From Neodothiora populina (Eukaryota): a stretch of 64,000 nucleotides of DNA. The first letter of the stretch is position 1. Each line of letters begins with the position of its first letter. The notes beneath the pieces are model-generated. The model searched no databases. It was given only the letters and a program-made list of their open reading frames with translations, and was not told where the DNA came from. Positions 1 to 13,079 of this stretch are shown here, piece by piece. The translations under genes and the position numbers were made by a program. The DNA lies in assembly GCF_041146345.1 (NCBI RefSeq), contig NW_027191405.1:868001-932000 (forward strand), given 5' to 3'.

Positions 1-2252
1 CATGAGATCCTCTGTTACCGAGGGCGAGAATTTCTGTCTATTGGTTAGTGTAATCACATCATTCACACGACTTCCAGACTTTCAGACTTCTACAGGCCTG
101 GCTTATGAGGATACTCAGAGAGGACTTTTGGCGTGATACTCGTCAAGATCTGGCAACACCTCCAATCCAGGTCGTGGGATCCCACTACGCGAACGCTGGA
201 TGTTTAGCTCACGTATACCATCTTTTCCCACAGGAACGAATCTAGCCCCGGGTGAAATATTCGGTACTCTCAATCGACGTACGTTTCGTCGAGGGCGAGC
301 TCGGGTAACAAGCCAGTCTCAGTCGAACCATATATGGAAAAGCTCGACTTGTACAGAGCATGAGCTTTCACTTACTCTCTTTGGCATGGGACCAGAGACA
401 CAACAGATGGTTGTCTCCTTCTCCAAGCATTGAGCTGTTGTCGCGTTTTCGCATAGCGCCTTAAGGATGCAGGGACCGGTACCATATGGGTCTGCCCGTT
501 CTTGTATGATGCAGCTGCCTACCACATCTGTTGTGACGGGCACATCACGAGCAGTAGCAATATGGTCGCCTTGAGCAACAGACTCCTCATGAGAGTGAGG
601 TGAACCAAGCCGGCATAATACAGCGGGCCGGTTTAGAGACAGTGGACCCCTCGTAGTAAAGGGGAGAAGGCAAGGAAATCATCGTCAGAGAGCTCCCAAC
701 GGAGAAATCCCTCGTAGGCATAGCAGGAAAGCGGCAGTGTAATTGGCATAGGCTCGACAGCTGTGCCGGACGTGTTAAGGATTCATAACAGAGACCTCAA
801 AGTTCCGAAATGGTCGACCCCTCATTGGGTAGTGCGTCTGTCTATCCTCGACTGTTCTTGTTTGGTGCAGATGACTTTGCGGCAGCCGCTCCCAGCCAAC
901 AGAATGCATTGCGCAGAGCTATCTTTCCTCGTTGATGGAAGGAGTAGCCTGCATTCCACTTTTAATGCCGCAATGATCAATATCAGATATAGACTCTCTG
1001 TCGCACTCAAATATGCAACTCTCGTCGAGGTCCGCCAATCCGCTTGTCAATTCCACCAAGCAGCACTGTTGACGACAGATCGAGCTGGCTATAGCTGATG
1101 TCCCCGTAACGGATCTTCGAGACCCCATTGCTCTGGGATGGATAATCATACTCCGTCGGGGTCTTTCCGAACAAGCTTCTCAACGATGTGCGGCAAGAAT
1201 TGCTTCCACGCTGTTGACACATGCTCTTGATCCTCCTTTTTTAAGCGGATGATCTTACTGGGACCCGGTATTGAATATGCTCGTAATAATAGCAACAGCG
1301 CACTCGTATGAGATTCTCCAGCGGCATCCCGCTGTTCCGATAACGACATAGCATAGGAGACGTAAGATTTATGCGATATCAGACGTGTGAACAGCTTTGC
1401 ACAGTGTGTCGAAAGAGCAAGATACAAGCCAGATGCATTGCACGAGATATAAGGCTCACAGCTTCTAAATCACTAGACACCCGCACAATTCACAAAAGTG
1501 ATATCCGTAGATGAGGTCGCACGTAGAACATGATGCCGCTGCAGCAGCCGTACATTGCTCTCTCTCATGTCGCTCGCCGCAGTGCAATATCTCTTCGATA
1601 TCTCAAGAACGAGGCGTTTCACCTTCGCCTCTATTCCCAAACAAACCTTATGATACCACAACTACAGGCCCAGCACAGCGAACTCCTAGGACGGGACCAC
1701 ATGCTCGTGCAACCAACAAGAAGTCAAACAAGAGGAGACAGTACCGGAAATGCATGCCCACGGCCGCTCGTGTGACTCGGGAAACAAAAGGATCGGCACC
1801 CTGAGAGGACTTTCGCCATCACACAAGTGCATCTCGGAAAGGTGCGTTTCCGCAGAGTGTCGTCCCATTGCCTTAGACCGGTAAATGCAGGCAAGCAAGG
1901 GGCTTCGTCACCACAGCTTTGCCCCGCAATAGTTCGTCACACTCTGCCTGCGAGAATGTCACTGTTATCAACGATCTGTCCTACCAGGGTGTCCTCCTGA
2001 CGCACGCGGTCCCGTTGACTCGGTCTAGAACAATGGGTATTGTTTACCCCTGCGTTTCATTGACAGTTGTGAAGACTTGATGACTACATATTGTACTCGG
2101 GACCTTGTGCGATGTGATCTATCATTTCTATATGGACATCGTGTCAATCTGGATCAATAGATTTTTGAGTTATCTTTCGTATCGCATTTGGGTATCATAG
2201 TACGGATCCTACTACCCCTCGCGCAAGAATCGCTGATCCTGACAGAAGACCA

Positions 2253-4176
2253 TCACACTTTTGCATGAGCATTCACATGGTCATGCGTCCTTCTTCCTTT
2301 GCCCCGAAGCTGCCGCACGAATTCTTTCCTCGAGGGCCAACGGTAATTTAGTGGCGATTCGCCACCTGAGAAGACCATTGTGTCGTAAACTGTACAACCA
2401 GTGATGCAGCCTACCAGAGGCGCGATGAATCCTCCCCTATTATCGTCGCGATCAGCATTCCGATTCAGGTCAGCAGTGGTTTTGGAGTGGAGATCGGGTA
2501 TTCGCAGGGAAGAGAAACATACCACAACCACCACCAATTGTAACCCGTGAAGATGCTTCTCGGGTAGCCCATCCACAGTGCTACAAGTCTGGGGCCAAAG
2601 TCCCGTGCTGGGTTCAAGGCCAGACCGGTCTGATATGCAGAGCACCAGATAAGTGTGGTCACGAGCAAACCCAAGATGAAAGCATTCATACCAGCGCCAG
2701 GCGGCGCATTCGTGTCATCTCCTAAAGCCAGTAGTACAGTCATCAGTATGACTCCGGCAACAAACTCGTTGAAGAATGCCGTGCTGACGCTGATGAATGG
2801 CTGCGGGAGCGTGAACAATGCGATTCCACTCTTCTCAGGCGACAGTGTCGGGTCGAAGTTGTAAATCGCGTCGTGATACACTGCGAAACTAATCGCCGCA
2901 GCCACCAAACCGCCCAATAGCTGCGCAACAATGTAGATGCCACATCTGCGCCATGGAAATCCACGAAATAGAGAGAGCGTTATTGATATGGCGGGATTGA
3001 GATGCGCACCACTGACGCCTCCTGCCACGTAAATGCCGAACATTGTACCAAAACCCTGGTACAACAAGTCAGCAAAACAAAGTTGACTTGTGGTTTTGTG
3101 ATCTTCGAGTAGAGAAATTGCTGTTTGCTTACCCAGGCTAGCGATTGCGTCTCAAACGAACCATATTGGCCATTCGAAGTCGTCTTGGACAGAGAGGCTG
3201 CAAGACCGATATACACTGTTATAGCTGTCGCCACAAACTCGGCCAGAGGCTCAGGAGCGCGTGCTCTGAGGCGTGCCCATCTATTCCGTAATTCAGTGCT
3301 CTGTTCATCTCTGGCTCGCGAGGCTGGCGTCTCGTGCTTCTGTTGAGGTGTCGATTCCTTTTTCACGGCCTGATTACGAATCTGATCCATGATGCCCTGT
3401 TCTTGATTTTTCTCATCAGAAGTGTCCTGGTGTCTGGACTGCGGCGTCAAATGATGAGTCTTCTTGTCAGTGTGTTCTTTAGGTGGTACCCCGGTCGTGG
3501 GCCGCATATCTTCTCGACGGATGTCTGGCGGCACACCATCTTCATGATCACGCTCGCTTTCGTCATCATGATTTACATGTGGAGTTGGTCGTTGCTGTTC
3601 GTTCCGAATGTCTGGGGGCATCGAGTCACCACTTGAGCTGGAAGGTTGTTGATTCTTCGCAAGCTGTTGCGCCAGCTGAAAGACGATGTAATCGAGCTGG
3701 CTCTTGTCCAGCTGAGGCATTCCAGCATGCTCATGCTCCTTCCCCGAGCGACGAGATTCTTGCTGGGGGTCCTGTTGTTCATCATCCTTTTCTCGTAGGC
3801 TGTCTATGTCAAGATCGTTCAACATGCCACGGCGCACCGTGCGCGGGAGTGGCCAGGCAGTACTGAAGGTAGGCCCTCTATCATTGGGCTGACCATACCA
3901 AGGATTCAAAGTATAATATCCCGGGTCCACGTGGGCCTTTTGACTGTTTGGTTGTTGACTAGGAGATCCAGGTCGTTTCTCCGCCTTTTCTTCATCTTTA
4001 AAGTCCTGAGGATTCTCTTCAGAGCGCGTATGCGGCTCCGCATCTTCCTCCGGGACAATGGTATTTCCACTCGAGGATTCATGTCTCATGTAAGGTAAGT
4101 CTGGTATATTCAATTTCCTGGAAGAAGTGGATCTACTCGGGCTCCGATCGACATGATTGTCTTCTTCTCCCTCCAT
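2253..4176 (-). CDS. Aquaglyceroporin (MIP family, Yfl054-like with long hydrophilic N-terminus); 3 exons: 4176-3133, 3055-2523, 2436-2253
   Basis: SGAHLNPA and LNPARDFGPR motifs (the NPARD signature marks glyceroporins); AEF in TM1; N-terminal LNPWY...TFSTAWPLPRTVRRGM stretch. Introns 3056-3132 (GTAAGC..GCTGAC..CAG) and 2437-2522 (GTATGT..TAG) join the frames to give ...SLAW|GFGTMFG... and ...WWLW|GGFIAP... Confidence 0.93.
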
Positions 4177-5171
4177 TGGAAGAGAAAATGGCAGTTTAAA
4201 CTACGGAACTTAAAGTGGGCTAGGAGAAGAAGATGTTGTGAAAGAAAAGCAATTGTCAGAGACGACACAGTGCAGAAGCTCAGGGTGGCATTGGAACCAC
4301 ATAATGGACACAAAAATGAGGTAAGTGTGGGGAGTGCAAAAAGTCTTATCTGCCTATTTGTGTCGTCATAGCTAGTCATAACCCAGGTAGGGCTCCACAG
4401 ACCTACATGTTGGTGCTGCTTTCATACTATTTTTGCTAGGTGCAGCTGCTTTCATGTTTGGTTTAAGGTGAGGGTATGTGTATGGTAAAAGCATGTGAGG
4501 TTCAGTTTAAAAGTATGCTTGACTCAAGCTTCAGAAGGTTGTGCCACGACGATCAAATACGGTAAGGTAGGTAATTAGGTAGTTTGAGGCTGAGCCGCGA
4601 TCCGGACAGTATCGGCGGCGGGGTCGCCCTCCGAGAACTGCATTCTGTTTCACATCGTACTGAACATTTCAGTCCTAAGTGGACCTCACCTCTGCATGAG
4701 ATTCCATGAAATATTGCATCTTATTGCTTGAATTTGAACGACTTTCATCTCTGTCAGAGAGCACATAAGACTTGATACGTCCAAGCGGTTCTCGTACAGT
4801 AAAGCAAATCGAACAAACTCGAAGCGGCACATGCCTCTAGGTGAAATATTTGTCCAGTCATGACTTTGGGAACCAGAGCAGTCTAGTCTACAGTAGTGAC
4901 TCGTCTAATGGCGGAACTTGGACAAAGGACGACATGATTCCACCGTGAGGTAAGGCATTAATTATCTGTAAACGTTTATTCCCAAATATTACTTGCTGGG
5001 ACATCATGGTGGTCGGAGGCGATCAAATTATCAGATAAGATAAGAAGCCGTGGACCCCTCATCGGAGTGACATCAGCGAAAGAGCCGAATGCGGCAGAAT
5101 GTTGCCAATGTTTTTGGGAATTGTAGTCACATACCATTGACCATAAACACGACCCAGAAATCAGTATCAAA

Positions 5172-7275
5172 ATGTTCAAAAAGAAGCCAACAGTAGGTCT
5201 AGTCGTAATTTGAGCCTTGGTATTGTCAAGCACGTTGGCTTATAACATGCACAGGTCAAGCCTCTGGCGCCACTCCGATCATCTGACCGGCGGCGAACTG
5301 CAGACCAGATCATTGCCGAGTACGACCTGAGGCCGTCAGCAGGACAAGACGACTCGCTCAGCGCAGAAGAACAGAAAGCTGCCGCGACAGCACAACTGAG
5401 CAGTCTGCGAAATAGTCTTCTGCCTGACAATGTGCAATCTGCACGTTTCACCACCACACACGGGCCCGACCTGAAACAAGTATCGGGCACTGTATACGTT
5501 GGTATTCACCCTGGCGAGGAACAACGCGTGCTGTGGTTCAAGATGGAGGATTGCATGTATCCAACTGTTTACACTCTGTGGCGTAACCCAGGCATCGTAC
5601 CACTGCTTCTGACACCAGGAGTCGTGGTGAAGAAATTACAGGGTGGCGCGGATCTAATGACTCCTGGTCTGGCCAACGGACCGCCGTTTCCAGAAAAGGC
5701 AAAGAAAGGCGCAGTGGTAGCTGTAGCTAGTATCGAAAGTCCCAGTGTGCCAGTTGTTGTTGGTCGTTGCGAGATTGATGTTAGTGCTCTTGGAGAAGTG
5801 TACGGATCCAAAGGACATGCTGTACAAACAGTGCATTGGGCAGGCGATGAAATATGGGCGTACAGCACTTCCGGCAAAGCTGGTCAGTCTACACCAGATC
5901 ATATCATTGGGTGGTGGGATGAGGATGATGAAGATGAAGCACTGGCTAATCGCGCTGCCGGTGCGACGCTTGACGATAAAGATGGGGGTGGCGTCGCTCT
6001 AGATGAAGCACCTGTGTCTGTAAAGGGTACTGGTGAGGATATCGCCGCAGATGAAGAATCAGACACTGCATCACAGATACCGCCACTTACTACTAAAGGT
6101 ATGTTCTGTCCTTGAGACGCAACTTCTGACTCAGTATACTGACGATTGTCCCAGAAATCGACGATGCATTCCGAAAGGCTTTTCTCTATGGAATCCACCA
6201 TCATATGACGACCAACTCCAAGCAGCCCAACTACGGTATTGTGTTCCCTCTGTCGCAGTCTCACGTCATGGCAAACTTTGTGCAGCCCTTCCTGCCCGGC
6301 TACATGCCCGAGCAAGCGAACCAGCTGCAGATCAAGAAGACAAGCTACAAAAACATCCGAAAATTCATCAAGTCACTGGACAAGGAGAAGATGATCAGAT
6401 CAAAGGAGCGAGACGGGAATGAGACGACCATCATAGACATTGACTTTGACGACAAAGCCATCAAGGATTTCAAACCATATCGACTTCCGAGGAAGGACAC
6501 CTCTGGCGCGTCGTCATCGAAAGCTGCAGCACCGGATAATTCGACTACGGCGTCAGCAGCAGCAACAGCAGCAACACAGGGCGGAGCCGACGAGTCACTA
6601 GGCCAGAAACTAGAACGCAAAGAGTTCTACAAACCCCGAGATCGACTCTTACCCCTATTCCCAAGCACAACGACCCCCTCAACCCTCTTCACAGCAGCCG
6701 AGATAAAATCGCACATAACAACCTACATCGAGAGCCAAAGCCTCGTCTCAACCACCAACAAGCGGCAGATAAAACTCGACGCGCACCTCGCAAACGCCGT
6801 CTTCGACGGCACCAGCCCCCTGGACAAGGAAGTCCTAGCAAAAGGAACCGTCCCGCGCGACGCCCTCTTCGACAGAGTCCTAGCGGCGTGCGCGCCTCAC
6901 TACGCCATCACCCGCGTCTCTCCCAAAAACGACTCTTTCTCCTCGACAACAACAACAAAACCCAAGCCAGGCTCCCCTCCCCGTATCAGAATCACAACCG
7001 AGACCCGCTCGGGCAACAAAACGGCAACCCGCGTCTCGGGCCTCGAAGCCTATCATATCAGCGCGCAACCGCTCGCGGACGAGCTGCGGAAAGCATGTGC
7101 TGGCGCAACGAGTGTTGAGCCTTTGGTCGGCGGTAATCAAAAGGGTAAAGCGCCCGTCATGGAGATCATGGTGCAGGGCCCGCAGAGGGATGTTGTGCTT
7201 AAGGCGCTGGAGAGAAGAGGAGTCAGGGGGCAGTGGGTTGAGGTGGTGGACAAGACTAAAAAGGCGAAAAGGTAA
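5172..7275 (+). CDS. TMA64: Translation initiation/recycling factor eIF2D (ligatin/Tma64): PUA, SWIB-like and C-terminal SUI1 domains; introns 5193-5254 and 6099-6154
   Basis: Spliced N-terminus MFKKKPT|VKPLAPLRSSDRRRTADQII; PUA-region KLQGGADLMTPGL; SUI1-like ETRSGNKTATRVSGLE...LADELRKACAGATSV...EIMVQGPQ. Confidence 0.92.
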
Positions 7276-7607
7276 TTTTCTTCTCCCTCATGAGCTGAGC
7301 TGGGGGAGGGGAAAAGAGAGAGTGAGCGCCAGTCACTAGCGTCTTACCCGACTGCAATGGTTTGAAGAATCAAGGGTGAACCATGATGTCAGACGCTTGC
7401 TCTTGTGTTTTGAATCATTACCATCGTGGGACTCGGAAAAACAATGAAAAGTTTTCGTGCCGAAAAAGGCATCCCGGTTCGTTTCAATTGTTACAAATAT
7501 AGGGGGGTATCTAATCCAATACTTCATCTGGCAAAATCGCGTAAAGCAGCCCTTGGTGGCCCCGTCTCTCTCGTCATAGCCCTGCAGCCCATGATTATAC
7601 GAGGCAA

Positions 7608-8899
7608 CTAGAGCCCCTCGGCGCCTTCGATACTCTTCATCTGACCCTCGTCTCCCTCATCAATCACTTCCCCCCTCGCGATCCTAGCCTTGGCCTCCCT
7701 AGCACCCGCAACCGCAAGCTCATCAGCAGCCGTATTCCCCTCATCACTAGCATGTCCCTTGACCCAGATAAACTCGACTTTACTCGTCGGACCCCGAGCT
7801 CTAGCTCTCTCCTCCAACAGACCCAACACCTTTTCGATCAAATCTCTGTTCTCGACTGCCTTTTTCTGGCTATTGACCCAGCCGTTTGCGCGCCAGCGGA
7901 TGAACCACTCGGTCACGCATTTGATGGCGTAATTCGAGTCCGTGTAGATCTGCAAGGCGCGGTTGCGCGGGGACAACTCGAGCGCGCGAGCGATGGCCGC
8001 TAGCTCTGCGCGCTGGTTCGTCTGTCGCGTTCCTGGCAATGGAGCGGATGTGTTCGAGGGGTGTGAGGGGCCGAAGTATACGCCTATGCCTGCTACGGCT
8101 CCAGCGGCGCCGTTGCCCAGACTGCTGCCGTCTGTGTAGATTTTGAGGGGAGTTGTTGCCGTCGGCTTTGTTGCTTCCCATCGCTGTGCGTTCAGGTGTC
8201 GCTGCGTCTTATATTCTACTTTGCCGCTTGTGGGATTGAAGGTTATGCGTGGGTCGAAGCCGTCGCTGGCGCCTGGTGGTAAAGGACCTTCGCCTGGTTC
8301 GTAGTCGTCGGAAAGAGGGTCTGTCGCTTTCTCGGACGTTTGTGTAGTCCGATCTGTTTTTCGACGCTTGGCTGAGGGGGGGTTCACGTCGCTAGAACTC
8401 GAAAGCGGTTGTGTGGGTTTCGACGATGATGATGATGACGATGATGATGATGATGCCGAAAGCGGTGTTTGAGGCTGCGCAGGTAGTGGAGATCCATCGT
8501 CTGATCCCTGCACAAATGCCTCTGCTTGGGCATATGTCGAGAAGGCCTTGTACCGCGGTGCTTTCCACCCCTTGATCTGAGCTTCGGCAGTCTCCCAGTC
8601 AGTGTATATGCCTGGCACATGACCACTCCGCACGCCATAAAACTTCTGTGTCTTTGGCTTCGCTTTTGCTTTTGAGCGAGATGGTGCTGATGATGCTAGG
8701 AAGTTCTCTGCTTCTGTCAGGGTAGTAAATGACTTGACTGTATCACGGTCAGCACACTGCCGATTTGCACATATGTCTCACGGGTGATGACGGACAAGTT
8801 GCAGACTTGAACCCTTTGACTTGCGCCAGGCAGTCGTCCCAACTATGGTAGATACCAGGCTTGTAGCCTGCTCTGACAGCATAGAATTTGGGCGCCATG
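7608..8899 (-). CDS. RNH1: Ribonuclease H1 with two N-terminal hybrid-binding (Cauli_VI) domains; intron 8738-8795
   Basis: MAPKFYAVRAGYKPGIYHSWDDC...VKGFKSAT|FKSF; second KFYGVRSGHVPGIYTDW repeat; catalytic IYTDGS, QTNQRAEL, TDSNY, WVKGH, GNTAADELA. Confidence 0.95.
8422..8455 (-). repeat. (TCA/TCG)n microsatellite encoding poly-Ser in the RNase H1 linker
   Basis: gacgatgatgatgatgacgatgatgatgatgatg on + strand. Confidence 0.85.
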
Positions 8900-9945
8900 A
8901 TCACACGAGTGACGACAGCGAGCGTAGTGATACTACGTGAGCTTTGTTCTAGCTTACTTAGTTAGTCAAAAGTATCTATGCATATTTTGCGAGGTGTGGA
9001 GGCTCACGTCTGGAAAGAGTAAAAGAAAGAGAAGAAAGAAAAGGCCACAAAGATCTACCTGCGAACACCCCGTCGCCCAATCGAGCTGATAGGCTTCCTT
9101 TGTCCCCTTGTAGCGAAGCGCCGGCTGTCACTTTATAGAGCCTTTCTATAATACAAAGTGGTCCAGTGGACGAACAGACAAGCCGGGCTGCTACTCGACG
9201 AATGGGCCTACAAAGAACAAGTATGTTGGAAGGTAATGCTGAGCAATCCCTGCGGATGCAGAGTGCGCTACGAGTACAGATAATTCTTATATCAAAGACG
9301 ACAGTGAAGTTCGCATGTGAATGTTGATGGATTCCCGAACGCGGGGAGGAAGTTGCATTCCTTTGAAGCTTAGACCACATTATATGTCACCTCAGGCATT
9401 CATCGTTTGTCCTGTACTACCTTACTGTGCCATTCAGGTAGACAAAGCCACAGCGATGCCTCACATACGCTGCTGCTTGAGGTAGGTCGTATATAGCGTA
9501 CTCTGACTCTGGAGCAATCACCCGGTAGGACGTTTGTCATCTGTCTAAGGACCGCGGACTTGCAGCACTATGCTTGACCGTTGCAAATCACACGCAAGGC
9601 TCAAACTTCGGCATGTGCATCCAAAAGAGCTTTCGAGCAATGACAGCATCGGAAATCAGTCGACCAGTATTGCGTATGATCGAAGAGCTCACAGGATTCG
9701 CAAAAGATCTCTGATCTGCACGCGCCTAACGGAAGTAGATCTGAACTGACCTTGAAGTATGCTAATTGTGCGAATTCATGATGGGTGCCGATGAGTCTTG
9801 CCAACCCAAGACAACAGGGTAGCCCTAATTGAAGTATACCTGTCAAATCACACCTCAAGTATAATACACGTCGAACAAGCAGAGTGCTTGCGATGAACCC
9901 AACCCCATCCTTTCGACAAAGTCCCTCCGAGATTGACCGGTCGAC

Positions 9946-10818
9946 TTAGCAGCAGCCGCCTTGGATCTTCTTCTTGCCACCGCCAGCGGCGACATCGTTC
10001 ATTCCCAGGTTGATGGTCCTGGCTGTATTACCACCTCCTGCTCCGGGACCCTTGACTCCTGATCTTCTGTCGTTCAGATCATACCTTCCGGCCTGTATGT
10101 TCTGGTATATCCGCTCGGCAACTTCGAGAAATGCTCTCTCGACATTCTCGCCACTCTTGGCGCTGGTCTCGACGTACTGCATCACCTTGTTTCGCTGACA
10201 CCAATCTTCGGCCTCTTGTCTTGTCACTTGACGCTTGTTCTCCGAGGTCGGGTCGTCCGTGACGGTAGAGGCCGACGCAAGATCGGACTTGTTGCCGACC
10301 AAGATCACAACAATGTTCTCTTCGGCAATCTGGCGGAGATCGTGTAGCCAGGGCGTCACGGCATCGAAGGTCGAACGGCGGGTGATGTCAAACACCAAAA
10401 GCGCACCGCTGGCACCGCGGAAATATGACCGCGTGATGGACTTGTATGTCTCCTGCCCTGCCGTATCCCAAAGTGATAGCTTCATGTGCTTTTGTTTCGC
10501 GTCCTGAGACGAAGACGACGGAGGCCGTTCCGCATTGCTCTCATCTGCTGATGTTTCCGACGCGGGATCGTTGATTTTGAGCGCGAGCGAAGCTGGAGGC
10601 CCGACTGGGATGATCCGCGAACCGAATTCAACTCCAATGGTTACATCGTGATGTGGTGAAAAGCGACCTTCGCACAGGCGAATGGTCAACTGCGTCATTC
10701 GACATTAGCCGGTCAAGCATGCCATCGTCAGGATTGTGCAATAGCTTACACTTGATTTGCCAGAGCCGCTATCGCCCAAAGATACAATCTTGGCGATGTA
10801 GTCCCATGATTGCGCCAT
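9946..10818 (-). CDS. Rab family small GTPase, Rab2/Rab4-like; intron 10690-10749
   Basis: MAQSWDYIAKIVSLGDSGSGKSS|LTIRL (P-loop), TIGVEFG, WDTAGQE, GNKSD, ETSAK, C-terminal GGCC prenylation motif; about 40-aa insertion before WDTAG. Confidence 0.95.
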
Positions 10819-11762
10819 ATAGAAAGATTGATGGAATGAGGCGGGATAACGATATGTCAAAAGATTCGAAAAAGGTCAAGCACCAGTTGATTGACAGGAA
10901 CAATGAGACTCATTGGGCAAGGTCCGCGGCAGATCCGGGGAAGGCACGCATGAGCGGCGCTTTCTCCGCCTTCCGCATTGGGGCAGAACACGGACTCGGG
11001 AGTGAGGCGTTATGCTTCTGTCGCTGTGTCGGGGACTCCCGATCCGCCCATGCTAAAGTGAGGCATGTACTGTACAGCACCTTGGATACCACTTTACCAA
11101 GGCCCCTTATACGTGTACTTGTACAGTACCTTTAGTTGTGCGCCCAGAGGGTTCAGGGCAGGCTTCTGCGACGTTGAGGCACGGCAAGGTCAGGCAAGGC
11201 GAAGCAAGGCAAGGTACAGGACATTAGGTAGCCCGCACCCCCCATATCTGCATGTCTGTAATCGACCCGGCCAAGTCGGAGTGAACTTCGAATGTACTGC
11301 ATTGCAACGCCATACTGCAAATGTACCCGGCGACCGAAGCTGGATGTCCGGTGAGCAGAACTGCAAGGACAACAGGCCCGACAATGGGGGTTGATGTGCA
11401 ACAGGATACGGTGTGTGGTGTATAGATCACGTTCATTGTGTATTTCGGGATCGGGGATGTATTCTTGGCATCCGTCGAAAGTGTATCTGGGGATGAGTTG
11501 TCACGGATGACGGCATGGGAGCCTCGAATCGTGTAGGGATTGTATTGTGAGCAGCAAACGAATCAACAAAGCTGCTCCTTTGCACCCACTTGCATATATT
11601 CTTGCTTACCACGGCCGAGGAGAACAGAGGAACGCGATCGCTGCGTTACATACGAATACATCAATCATCGCAGAAGTCTCCCGTTCGCCCCCCTTCGATA
11701 CTTGCACACGGCCATTGCAACCCTGGCAAGCAGCGTAATCCTAGACCATTGCAACCGTAGTC

Positions 11763-12529
11763 ATGGCATCAAGAGGGACCAATGGCACCGGACAAAGGCC
11801 TGTCATCTGCGTCTTGTTCGACTTTCTTATCCCGGGTCTGCTGAAATACAGCTAATATCATGCAGCTGCGGCTCCTCAGGTGGTAACTCGCCCATTCATC
11901 TCGAAGCAGCTCGACAACTTGCCCATGCCATGCACGAGGCTGGCATAAACCTCGTCTACGGAGGCGGTACTGTGGGCATCATGGGAGAAGTGGCAAAGAC
12001 GCTTGTCTCACTTTCTGGACCTGACTCGGTTCATGGCATCATACCGGAAGCCCTGATGCGCTACGAGAGAAAGTACGAAGACGGCAAGCCCGTAGGTCCC
12101 GGCATAGATGAGAAGATCTACGGCCGCACCACTGTAGTTGAGACCATGCATATCAGGAAGCAAATGATGGCCCGAGAGGTCATCGGCGGCGGGGAAGGTG
12201 GTGGCTTTGTTGCCCTATCTGGCGGCTACGGAACGCTAGAGGAATTGATGGAAGTTGTCACCTGGAATCAACTCGGCATCCACGAGAGAGGCGTCGTCGT
12301 ATACAACGTCGACGGCTACTGGGATGGCTTGCTCCAATGGGTCAACAAAGCCGTCAGCAGTGGCTTCATCGCCGAGAATAACTCTGGCATAATCGTCGAA
12401 GCGAAGACGTCCACAGATGTTGTCAAAGCCCTACAGACTTACCAAAACGCCGAAGGCCGCTTCAAGCTGCAGTGGGACACCTTTGGCCCCGAGAGTCCCG
12501 AGATTCGCCAAGGTTCGTCCAACCAGTAG
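11763..12529 (+). CDS. LOG1: LOG-family (lysine decarboxylase-like) nucleotide/cytokinin riboside 5'-monophosphate phosphoribohydrolase; intron 11816-11865
   Basis: Spliced PVICVF|CGSSGG; LVYGGGTVGIMG; MHIRKQMM; LSGGYGTLEE (variant of PGGxGTxxE); TWNQLGIH; NVDGYWD. Confidence 0.92.
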
Positions 12530-13079
12530 TTTATGAGCATCGCAGACGGACCCCTCCGTCGAACATTCTTGCCTGCTGGGCAGCGGCGCATTAGGTAGAT
12601 TGGTATAACACCTCCGGGTCGACGCTGCTGCGGCGCCTGCATAAGTCGGGTCTTAGCATAGTCCTCTAGAGCATCACCGCATTGGCCGGGAGAGGCAGGC
12701 GATAAGGTGCACCACATGAAGTATTTCCCATGAAGCTCCGACAAATATAGAGTCCAATACAAGAGCGCGACAGCGCAACCTTTATTCTGTTCGTGTCTGC
12801 ATATTATGCGATTCATCACATTATCCGAGGTACTCGTACGTCGTATGATCAGAGGGAGTGCATCCATGCCACAGGTTGACACGGGGGATCGGCATTGTGG
12901 CAATTCCTCGATGTTCAGATCAAACCCGGTGAGGATCAACGGCAAGTCTGCCCTCCCTCCCAGTGATGACAAAAATCCCGACAAGAACATTACATGCCGA
13001 CACGGCTTTGATAGCGCCTCTGTCTTCTGCCCTTCTATCGCTCGGCTGCTGTGACCGCAGCAGCCACGGTAATGGCAGA

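Noticed and set aside
11540..11762. ORF-track N-terminal extensions (LOG from 11540, GH53 from 48167, 4-TM protein from 57389, Crt10 from 15434)
   Set aside because: These use TTG/GTG starts or read through introns; spliced ATG-initiated models restore the family motifs
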